Below are positions 19,162 to 26,171 of a stretch of 32,000 nt of DNA, piece after piece. The notes under the pieces were generated by a model. That model did not search any database and had not been told where the DNA came from. It worked only from the letters and a program-made list of their open reading frames with translations. How positions within the stretch are numbered: position 1 is the stretch's first letter; each line of letters opens with the position of its first letter. The position numbers were made by a program, and so were the translations under genes. The stretch comes from an uncultured Alphaproteobacteria bacterium (GTDB lineage Bacteria > Pseudomonadota > Alphaproteobacteria > Rs-D84). The stretch spans positions 720,001 to 752,000 of the forward strand of contig OZ007020.1 of the NCBI GenBank assembly GCA_963931495.1. The letters run 5' to 3'.

Positions 19162-20304
19162 TAATATACTGACCGTGTGCGCCATATATTCACTGCGTGC
19201 ATCAATACGGTAATTTATGCCTGCATTAAAATATGGACTGAAAAATGTTACACCAACCGCCCCGTCCAGCATTGTACGATGCGGGGCATCAATCGGGATG
19301 GTATACGAATTTCCACCATTTAAGTTAACATGTACCCCCGGTGTGCCATTGCTGATGACATCATATCCGCCACCAATGTTAATCGCCGGGCGTATAACAA
19401 AATCAGAACCAATAAAATCGTATCCAATGTCTATACCGGCGCCGGCCGTCAGCATGTTGTACCACCATTTATCAAATGACTGTAATACTGAATCAGTATA
19501 TGCATCTGTCATTATCCGCGAATATCGTATACTAATTTGTGGCACAATTGATATGTTGTTGCGCGCCAAGCGAATACCTGTATTAAATTGACCGGCGAAA
19601 AAATTCGTATCGTATGTGCCATTGTCGTTAACTAATGAAATTATTTTTTCAATTGCCCAACTGGTATGCCCAGCATTCAACCCAAAATTTATAAACAGCC
19701 CATTTTGCCCCAGGTATTCCCCAAATAACGTCAAACTGTTACCGATGGCATCAGAATAAACACGTGTATCATGCGTATCTGTCATTGTGCGTGTGTATGC
19801 TGCACCGAACAGTAATCCATCTGTGACAAACATCTTGGCATTAATTGTAACCCCAGTATTACGTGTTTTGAACGCAGAATTCATCCCAGAATCATATGTG
19901 GCAAACGAACCGAACACATGGCCGTCCAGCACCAGACGACGCGTATCATCACAACTGATATGGCCGGCAACACACTCATCACGTCGTGCCAGCAACGGCA
20001 TGCCAATGACAGAAAAAGATTGATCCAAATGATTATTTATTTCAAACAGCGCAACTGATGTACTGTTGAACCCCAGCGTTGATATGGCATCTGAAAATTC
20101 TGCGACATCCGTTGTTCGTGTTCCATGTACGTATGACGCGACATCTGAACTGGGGCTGATATAGCCTGAATTGCCCAACCATGCATTGGCAACATCGTCC
20201 AGATACTTGGCATCGCCAAATAATCCGCCAAACGAATAATTTGCCGGCGCGCCCCATGCGGCACCACAAAATATCAACATGCAAAATCGTAAAATATTTT
20301 TCAT
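19144..20304 (-). CDS. Outer-membrane beta-barrel protein (autotransporter-type translocator-like)
   Basis: Start re-picked at MKNILRFCMLIFCGAAWGA (signal peptide). Alternating beta-strand pattern and a C-terminal aromatic residue (..LLKIGF). Overlaps the smr 3' end by 18 nt (convergent). Confidence 0.6.
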   Translation of the reverse strand: MKNILRFCMLIFCGAAWGAPANYSFGGLFGDAKYLDDVANAWLGNSGYISPSSDVASYVHGTRTTDVAEFSDAISTLGFNSTSVALFEINNHLDQSFSVIGMPLLARRDECVAGHISCDDTRRLVLDGHVFGSFATYDSGMNSAFKTRNTGVTINAKMFVTDGLLFGAAYTRTMTDTHDTRVYSDAIGNSLTLFGEYLGQNGLFINFGLNAGHTSWAIEKIISLVNDNGTYDTNFFAGQFNTGIRLARNNISIVPQISIRYSRIMTDAYTDSVLQSFDKWWYNMLTAGAGIDIGYDFIGSDFVIRPAINIGGGYDVISNGTPGVHVNLNGGNSYTIPIDAPHRTMLDGAVGVTFFSPYFNAGINYRIDARSEYMAHTVSILLKIGF

Positions 20305-20369
20305 GACTCGCCCTGTTTTTTGTTTATAATATGTGCCACAAGGATAAATTTTAACAGGAACCATTTACT

Positions 20370-21308
20370 ATGAAGAAAGTCAAAACTGTATATGACCATA
20401 TTCGCAGCAATAATATAAAAACAATTTTATTAGTTGTGCTGTTTCCGGTGCTGTTCATCGCACTGGTGTTCTTGTTCACGTGGATTGTTGCACCCGCAGA
20501 AACAGCGATAAATACCGCGATAAACGTCGCCATTCCAACGTTCATTGCGTGTGCAGTGTGGTTGTTAATATCATGGGCGTTTGGGGATTCTATGATGTTG
20601 CATTCGGCGCATGCACACGAAATTTTTGATACAGATGATGAAAATCGTGAAATATTTCGTGCCGTTGAAAATGTCGCGATTGCGGCTGGGTTGCCGTGCC
20701 CACGTGTATATATCATTGACGACGATTCAATGAACGCATTTGCCACCGGACGCAGCCCACGCGATGCGTCTGTCGCACTGACACGTGGCATTATTAAAAA
20801 ATTAAACAACCTGGAATTACAGGGCGTCATTGCGCATGAAATGGCCCACATCGGTAACCGCGATATTCGGCTGGATATGATGCTGATAACTGGGGTCGGT
20901 GTAACCGTATTTGCCGCAGACATGATATTGCGAATGGCAATGTTTGGCGGCGGTGGCGGCAATAATGAAAATAACAAAAATAATACTGGGGCGATTTTAC
21001 TGATGGTGTGGTTGGCGTTCACAGTATTTAACATGATTATAACACCGATATTACGTATGGCAATATCACGCAATCGCGAATACGCCGCCGACGCAACCGG
21101 CGCACAAATTACACGAAATCCGCGCGCACTGGCATCGGCATTACGCAAAATAACCACTGATTCGCGCGTGGAATGTTTGGATAAAGTAAAATCTATGGCC
21201 GCGGTATGCATCGCGTATCCGGGTGGTCCGCGCGAATTTACCAGTTCACTGATGGCAACACATCCACCTGTGGAAAAACGTATAGAACGCCTGGAATCAA
21301 TGGCGTAA
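20370..21308 (+). CDS. htpX: M48 family protease HtpX homolog
   Basis: 312 aa with multiple TM segments. HEMAHIGNRD (HExxH), plus a downstream REYAAD glutamate and a THPP..RI tail. Confidence 0.9.
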   Translation: MKKVKTVYDHIRSNNIKTILLVVLFPVLFIALVFLFTWIVAPAETAINTAINVAIPTFIACAVWLLISWAFGDSMMLHSAHAHEIFDTDDENREIFRAVENVAIAAGLPCPRVYIIDDDSMNAFATGRSPRDASVALTRGIIKKLNNLELQGVIAHEMAHIGNRDIRLDMMLITGVGVTVFAADMILRMAMFGGGGGNNENNKNNTGAILLMVWLAFTVFNMIITPILRMAISRNREYAADATGAQITRNPRALASALRKITTDSRVECLDKVKSMAAVCIAYPGGPREFTSSLMATHPPVEKRIERLESMA

Positions 21309-21326
21309 GTAATCGAGGGTACGCAA

Positions 21327-21908
21327 ATGGCAAATCTGCATTTTCATTATGGTACAATGGGATGTTCCAAAACGGCACAATTGGTTATCAACGCGTATAA
21401 CCAAAATAAAAATGGCAATAAAACAGAAATTATAAAACCAAAACTGGATAACCGTTTCAGTGAAAATATGGTTAATTCACGTATCGGGATATCGGCACCG
21501 GCAACCGTGCTGTCGTCGCTGGACCGTTGGTCGCCGGCGCCCGATACAAAAATGGTACTGATTGATGAAATCCAATTTTTCCGTCCATCTGATATAGACA
21601 GACTGGTACACATTGCCGACAATTCATCCGTGATAATTATGTGCTATGGATTAATGACGGACAGTAACGAACATATTTTTCCTGCATCACGCCGGTTAAT
21701 AGAAGTTGGGGCCAAACTGCATCGTATGGAATCAACATGCCAAATCTCGGGATGCATGCGGTTGGCAACGCACCACTTGCGATTTGATGCAACGGGGCGC
21801 GTGGTGCGTGATGGCGACCAAATCGCCGTTGGCGACAGCAATTATAAATCTGTGTGTCGGCAACATTTTAACATGATGTACCGCGGACATGGCGAAAAAA
21901 CACGATAA
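21327..21908 (+). CDS. tdk: Thymidine kinase
   Basis: 193 aa. P-loop GTMGCSKT, VLIDEIQFF, and C-terminal Cys pairs (Zn lasso). Confidence 0.9.
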   Translation: MANLHFHYGTMGCSKTAQLVINAYNQNKNGNKTEIIKPKLDNRFSENMVNSRIGISAPATVLSSLDRWSPAPDTKMVLIDEIQFFRPSDIDRLVHIADNSSVIIMCYGLMTDSNEHIFPASRRLIEVGAKLHRMESTCQISGCMRLATHHLRFDATGRVVRDGDQIAVGDSNYKSVCRQHFNMMYRGHGEKTR

Positions 21909-21921
21909 CATATAATTTTTC

Positions 21922-21949
21922 TTGCAATCGTGATAAAAACGTATAAAAT
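21922..21949 (+). promoter_or_regulatory. Putative promoter of tRNA-Arg
   Basis: TTGCAA (21922-21927) -N16- TAAAAT (21944-21949), about 11 nt before the tRNA 5' end. Confidence 0.35.
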
Positions 21950-21960
21950 ATACGAACGTT

Positions 21961-22037
21961 GCGCCCATGGCTCAATTGGATAGAGCATCTGACTACGGAT
22001 CAGAAGGTTGAGGGTTCGAATCCTTCTGGGCGCGCCA
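21961..22037 (+). tRNA. tRNA-Arg (anticodon ACG), CCA encoded
   Basis: Hand-folded: acceptor GCGCCCA/TGGGCGC, D arm GCTC/GAGC, anticodon arm TCTGA-CTACGGA-TCAGA, T arm GAGGG-TTCGAAT-CCTTC, then G-CCA. Confidence 0.92.
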
Positions 22038-22062
22038 GGAATTTAACCGCCAGAAACGGCGG
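22028..22062 (+). repeat. attL-like direct repeat (3' end of tRNA-Arg plus its terminator stem)
   Basis: The 35-nt GGGCGCGCCAGGAATTTAACCGCCAGAAACGGCGG is identical to 23279-23313. Confidence 0.7.
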
Positions 22063-22072
22063 TTTAATTTTT
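22045..22072 (+). terminator. Terminator after tRNA-Arg (duplicated at 23296-23325)
   Basis: Stem AACCGCC / GGCGGTT with a 6-nt loop, followed by a T-rich run. Confidence 0.6.
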
Positions 22073-22268
22073 GTGCAAGCCCCAGGATTTGAACCCGAAC
22101 AGAGGGGGCGACAACAAGTAGATTTACCAAACGACAGTGCCGGCAAATCGTCACGATTGCCACGCCACCGACAAAGGCAAAATTGACGAATATATGATGA
22201 ACTGGGCGCGGTATGCAAAATAGATTGCTATTTGGTCTTGTTTGTTGTTAGATTTTATACAGGTGTCC

Positions 22269-22295
22269 GCCCCCGATAAACTGGGGGGCTTTTTT
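22269..22295 (+). terminator. Rho-independent terminator inside the islet
   Basis: Stem GCCCCC (22269-22274) / GGGGGC (22284-22289) plus T6 (22290-22295). The transcript it ends is unidentified. Confidence 0.5.
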
Positions 22296-22297
22296 AT

Positions 22298-22347
22298 TGT
22301 GCAAATTTTGTGCAAAAAATGTGCAAAATTGTGTCAAATTGTGCAAA
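22298..22347 (+). repeat. Five helically phased TGTGCAAA (iteron-like) repeats
   Basis: Copies start at 22298, 22309, 22320, 22330 (variant TGTGTCAAA) and 22340, a spacing of 10-11 bp. A very A-rich stretch follows. Confidence 0.75.
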
Positions 22348-22503
22348 AATATGACATAAAACGCAAAAAAATATCAAAAAAGACAAAAAACTTGACTTAT
22401 AAGTATATAATATGATATACTCTTTTTCAGAGAAAGAGGATATATCCTGCGTTAAGCGTTTTTGCGCAGCCTTTAAGGTGTTCGTATGGTGATTGCCTCT
22501 TTT

Positions 22504-23133
22504 TTATATTTTACAAGTAATAAATCCTAGATTTCTGCCGTCTGTAAAAACTTCGTTGAAACGATCTATTTTCTTGATTTGGTTTAATACTGGGTTAGCC
22601 CCAAGTTCGCGTATCATGCGAAATATCATATTATGTATTTTATGGCATGGCATTTGATGTCTTGAGCATATCAGCAATGACCCGTTATGCGAAAAACGAT
22701 TACGATATTTACGAATTGTATCTATTTCGCGTGAAATTTTTAATAAAGAAACATGGGCTTTCCGATGACTAAATATCTCTTGCAGAGCAGTTGGATATTT
22801 GTCCCAAATAGTTTCGCAATTTTGTGACATAAACAATTTGCTCCAAAAACCGAATGTTAAGCTATCTATTAATTTATTTCTGTCTGTAATATCTTTTTCG
22901 TCATTTAATTTGTCATCTGCACGAACAAAGTCAAAAATCCAATTTTCACCAATATGACGCGATAAAACAGCGTCTATTTTATTGCGTAGAACTATTTCAA
23001 ACTGACTTAAACTTGGATACATGCTTTCGCATAAGCGCACATTAAAAAAATATAACTGATGTGTGTGTGGTTTGTCAGGCGCACCATATTTAGACAAACG
23101 TTGTTCAGACATAAATGGTATTATTGTATCCAT
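22504..23133 (-). CDS. Abi_2 (AbiD/AbiF-like) abortive-infection family protein, HEPN-type
   Basis: 209 aa. YFFNVRLCESMYPSLSQFEIVLRNKI, LTFGFWSKLF and IRKYRNRFSHNGSL (Rx4H HEPN motif) match my recollection of the Abi_2 family. Confidence 0.7.
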   Translation of the reverse strand: MDTIIPFMSEQRLSKYGAPDKPHTHQLYFFNVRLCESMYPSLSQFEIVLRNKIDAVLSRHIGENWIFDFVRADDKLNDEKDITDRNKLIDSLTFGFWSKLFMSQNCETIWDKYPTALQEIFSHRKAHVSLLKISREIDTIRKYRNRFSHNGSLLICSRHQMPCHKIHNMIFRMIRELGANPVLNQIKKIDRFNEVFTDGRNLGFITCKI

Positions 23134-23278
23134 TGTAAAAACCCCATGTATTTTTTATTATACGGTTTTAATCCTGAAATGCAAATAAGTTTTAAGCCGC
23201 TTTTTGCAAACCAAAATTCCAATTTGCCGCCAATTTCTGCACTTCTGACCGGTATTTAGTTCGGAAATCGTCTACTGG

Positions 23279-23313
23279 GGGCGCGCCAGGAATTTAACCG
23301 CCAGAAACGGCGG
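23279..23313 (+). repeat. attR-like direct repeat
   Basis: Identical 35-nt copy of 22028-22062. Confidence 0.7.
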
Positions 23314-23394
23314 GTTATTTTTTGTTCGTGCACATCATTTCAACATCTTTAATCAAATAAAGTTCTTTTTTTTCAATAAGATTATATACGAACC

Positions 23395-23618
23395 ATCCGG
23401 GATGCTGGTTCGGGGCCGTAGAAAGCCCAGTTTATCCGGTGCAAAAGCATCGTTATACATTTGTGGATATTTCGGTGTCTTTTGCACCGTGTTGTCCCCG
23501 ACCTGGGTCGGGGGGCCGTTCGCAATACAACAGGACCATCGGTCCAAAGGCAACGGGAATCAATGATAAACTGATTTTTCTAACCCCCCGACCACCATGC
23601 GCTGACATGGTGTTTTTT
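23395..23618 (+). promoter_or_regulatory. Structured 5' leader RNA copy L2 ending in an intrinsic terminator (candidate riboswitch/attenuator)
   Basis: 5' hairpin GAACCA/TGGTTC. GAAA-loop hairpin at 23413-23428. CATCGTTA at 23448-23455. 10-bp hairpin 23438-23447/23479-23488. Proximal arm CCCCGAC (23496-23502), middle GTCGGGGGG (23507-23515), distal CCCCCCGAC (23584-23592). Terminator CACCATG/CATGGTG plus T6 (23593-23618). Confidence 0.6.
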
Positions 23619-23643
23619 ACATAAATCTGTACGGGGGGCAAAT

Positions 23644-24423
23644 ATGAAAATAATTACTGTTGCGATTATACTTGCTGTGGTTGCGATTGACGCAAATGCA
23701 GCATGGGGACCCAAATATGGTTCCGAAGACAGCTGTATCGTGGAACGCAAAAATGGGCGAAAATTCTATTTCTGTGGTCAATCACAAAGTGAATGCGCGG
23801 GATACAAAGTACTAAAATGGTCAACACAAAAAGCATTTCAAAATGAAAAAAGTTTTACATCAGAATTTGATTCATCACGAACATTTTACTGCTGTAACCC
23901 AGACGGTGGGGCACGTGGCGTTTGGAAAGAAGGAAAATCGTGGTATGTAACAAACGAAGTTGCAACCAAACAACTGGAAAATGGAACATGCAATTATCAC
24001 CGACGCATCAACATATGTGGGGGTGACGAAAGTACAGACTGTACCGTCCCAGATACATGCACAAATGGAACATTTATGCGCAATGACGAATGTGTTACAA
24101 ACTGTCCCGACGGCAGTGTTTTTGAAAGTGAAACATCAAATGTTTGTATAACATGCGAAACCACCGAATTCCAGGGCATTAATAAAGATCAAGAATGTGT
24201 GCAATGCGATCCGGACACAGAATTTTTTGATTTGGAAACCAAAACCTGTGTCGCCAAAGCAGAACTGACACATATTACCAAAGAAATGATGATGCAATGT
24301 CACAAATGCCCAAACAGCGTTTTATTTTATGACTGTTGCAAAATGTTAAGCATGTCTGAATCAGAACGCACCAACATGGAAAATTACGAACAAATAGTAA
24401 ATGATTGCCAGATACGGCAATAA
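23644..24423 (+). CDS. Secreted cysteine-rich protein with furin/EGF-like CxxC repeats (259 aa)
   Basis: Signal peptide MKIITVAIILAVVAIDANA and a GGGGGG Shine-Dalgarno. Repeated Cys spacing: CTVPDTCTNGTF..ECVTNCPDGS..CITCETTEF..ECVQCDPDTEF..TCV. Confidence 0.7.
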   Translation: MKIITVAIILAVVAIDANAAWGPKYGSEDSCIVERKNGRKFYFCGQSQSECAGYKVLKWSTQKAFQNEKSFTSEFDSSRTFYCCNPDGGARGVWKEGKSWYVTNEVATKQLENGTCNYHRRINICGGDESTDCTVPDTCTNGTFMRNDECVTNCPDGSVFESETSNVCITCETTEFQGINKDQECVQCDPDTEFFDLETKTCVAKAELTHITKEMMMQCHKCPNSVLFYDCCKMLSMSESERTNMENYEQIVNDCQIRQ

Positions 24424-24450
24424 AGAATCGCCCGTTTGGGCGATTTTTTA
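24424..24450. terminator. Bidirectional terminator
   Basis: Stem AATCGCCC (24426-24433) / GGGCGATT (24438-24445) plus a T-run. Sits between convergent genes. Confidence 0.65.
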
Positions 24451-24828
24451 TTCTGAAAATCCCATTGCTTTTAGATATGCTTTTTCTTTTTCATAAACAA
24501 TATCACATGTTGTTAATTCGCTGGCTGGGATATATCTGGAATCAGAAACGTTCAACAGACCCAATGAATCAACAACAGAAACACGGCATGCGGTCACGAC
24601 GGGTTCCATGGCATTTTCATCCCAAACTTCGGTCACAGTTAACAGTGCGCGATCAAAGTTTTTAACGTGGCATCCCGGGCATACCTTTTCATTGTCCATG
24701 CATCCACCGGTTGTTTCGTATCCATCCAATGTTCCATTGGCGTACATGTTCGCAATGTATTGTTTCGGTCCGACCATTTGGCACGCCGTTAACAATAACA
24801 CGCCACATAATATTGCAATTTTTTTCAT
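24448..24828 (-). CDS. Hypothetical lipoprotein (126 aa)
   Basis: Signal peptide with lipobox (LLLTAC) and several Cys residues, including CPGC. Confidence 0.55.
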   Translation of the reverse strand: MKKIAILCGVLLLTACQMVGPKQYIANMYANGTLDGYETTGGCMDNEKVCPGCHVKNFDRALLTVTEVWDENAMEPVVTACRVSVVDSLGLLNVSDSRYIPASELTTCDIVYEKEKAYLKAMGFSE

Positions 24829-24899
24829 ATTTTCCCCTTTTTATAACTGTATGCGATGGGAATTATTACATAACGAAAAATACAGTGCAATACAAATAA

Positions 24900-26150
24900 C
24901 TACATCTGGATAAACCAATCGGGGTGTTTGGCCAATTGTTCTATGCCGGCATCCAGAACACGTTTATATTCCAAGAATTTTTCTTTATCCGCACGGCCCA
25001 AATTACTGATTGCCGGTAATTTCACCGTCATTGGATTAACATGCTTGCCATCCTTGATGATTTCATAATGTAAATGCGGGCCGGTTGACAGTCCCGTAGA
25101 ACCAACGTACCCAATTGTTTGGCCCTGTTTCACATTCGTGCCGACAACGACACCCTTGGCAAAGCGCGACATATGTGCGTACAGCGTTTCAAATGATGAA
25201 TTGTGACGGATTTTTACATAGTTGCCGTGCCCACTGTTATATCCACGGGCCACGACGCGCCCCGCCCCGGCGGCGGGTATCGGTGTTCCCGTAGATGCAC
25301 GGAAATCAACCCCTTTGTGTGCGCGCGTATATCCCAATACAGGGTGTTTACGACTGCGCGAAAAACTACTGGTGATTTTGGCGTTATTAATTGGTGTGCG
25401 TTTTAATGACTTAATCGCGCCATTACCATTTTCATCATAATACCCGGTTTTACCGTCTGATTTCCGAAAACGGTACATTTGAACATTACCACGCAATGCC
25501 GCAAACTGGACGGCCAAAACGCGACCATTATCAACCTTTTTGCCATTGGAAAAGTTTTCTTCGTATAACACAGAAAAATGTTGACCGGCACGAACATCGC
25601 GTTCAAAGTCCATTTCAAACGCCAATAAATCATACACTTCGGCCAAAATACCATCCGGGATTCCGGCACGCGCACCCGCCAAATAAAAACTGTCCCCGTC
25701 CAAGATTTCGCCTGTGCGGTATACCGCACGGGTATCGCGTTCTATTTCAATATTTTCACAATTCCATTGTCCAGAATCACCACACGTTAATTCAATCCGA
25801 CGCCATGGTGATGGAATGATTACAATCTTGGACACAGGCGAATCAGAATCTGGGCGAACAAATTCAATTTTGTCATTGTCGGCACGCAAACTGGTTATAT
25901 CTGCATCAGACTTTAATACGCCGGCAATTTTTAATACATCAGCGTTGGTAAATCCCTGGTTCAACAATAAACTGGACAATGTATCGCCCGATGCAACCGT
26001 CACCACAGATTTGTGTTCGTCCACTGTTTCTGTACCATCATTATTTCCGCGCAATAACACAACACCGGCAATAATCACCAACACAAATGCCAAGAACAAC
26101 ACAAAACGCGAAACATTACGCATATTCAGAATATTTTTTGATTTTTTCAT
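24900..26150 (-). CDS. M23 family metallopeptidase (murein DD-endopeptidase-like)
   Basis: Start re-picked at MKKSKNILNMRNVSRFVLFLAFVLVII (TM anchor). HKGVDF, GNYVKIRH and GPHLHYEI are the M23/LytM motifs. Confidence 0.88.
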   Translation of the reverse strand: MKKSKNILNMRNVSRFVLFLAFVLVIIAGVVLLRGNNDGTETVDEHKSVVTVASGDTLSSLLLNQGFTNADVLKIAGVLKSDADITSLRADNDKIEFVRPDSDSPVSKIVIIPSPWRRIELTCGDSGQWNCENIEIERDTRAVYRTGEILDGDSFYLAGARAGIPDGILAEVYDLLAFEMDFERDVRAGQHFSVLYEENFSNGKKVDNGRVLAVQFAALRGNVQMYRFRKSDGKTGYYDENGNGAIKSLKRTPINNAKITSSFSRSRKHPVLGYTRAHKGVDFRASTGTPIPAAGAGRVVARGYNSGHGNYVKIRHNSSFETLYAHMSRFAKGVVVGTNVKQGQTIGYVGSTGLSTGPHLHYEIIKDGKHVNPMTVKLPAISNLGRADKEKFLEYKRVLDAGIEQLAKHPDWFIQM

Positions 26151-26171
26151 GTGGTGGATTATAATTGCTTT

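Larger units (their letters stand above)
22063..23278. mobile_element. Integrase-less, AT-rich genomic islet inserted at tRNA-Arg (probable remnant)
   Basis: Bounded by 35-bp perfect direct repeats. A degenerate copy of the tRNA T-arm precedes the right repeat (GTTCGGAAATCGTCTACT vs GTTCGAATCCTTCT). Cargo is an Abi_2/HEPN gene, iteron-like repeats and a tRNA-like remnant. Confidence 0.55.

Noticed and set aside
20351-21211. Large antisense ORFs: 20351..21211 (opposite htpX), 28340..29281 and 29342..29770 (opposite groEL), 11490..12152 (opposite queA), 7894..8436, 16962..17459, 542..1072, 744..1307, 26423..26911, 27118..27576, 31411..31629.
   Set aside because: These are shadow ORFs on the opposite strand of confidently identified genes. 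They have low-complexity, atypical amino-acid composition and no Shine-Dalgarno.
22074-22160. Calling the inverted tRNA-like sequence a functional tRNA or a piece of tmRNA.
   Set aside because: Only the T-arm and part of the acceptor stem fold. There is no anticodon arm, no CCA, and no tag-peptide reading frame.
21959-22218. ORFs 21959..22186 (plus) and 22000..22218 (minus).
   Set aside because: They run across tRNA-Arg, its terminator and the tRNA-like remnant, so they are not coding.
22298-22347. Possibility that the TGTGCAAA repeats form a CRISPR array.
   Set aside because: The repeat unit is only ~8 nt at a 10-11-nt period with no spacers, and there are no cas genes. The pattern is iteron- or operator-like instead.
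23395-23618. Assignment of the leader to a known riboswitch or leader family (T-box, c-di-GMP, ykkC/guanidine, SAM-II, cobalamin, ZTP, glycine, ANTAR targets).
   Set aside because: By eye, none of the diagnostic conserved blocks of these families is present. This is only a comparison from memory and needs an Rfam/Infernal scan.
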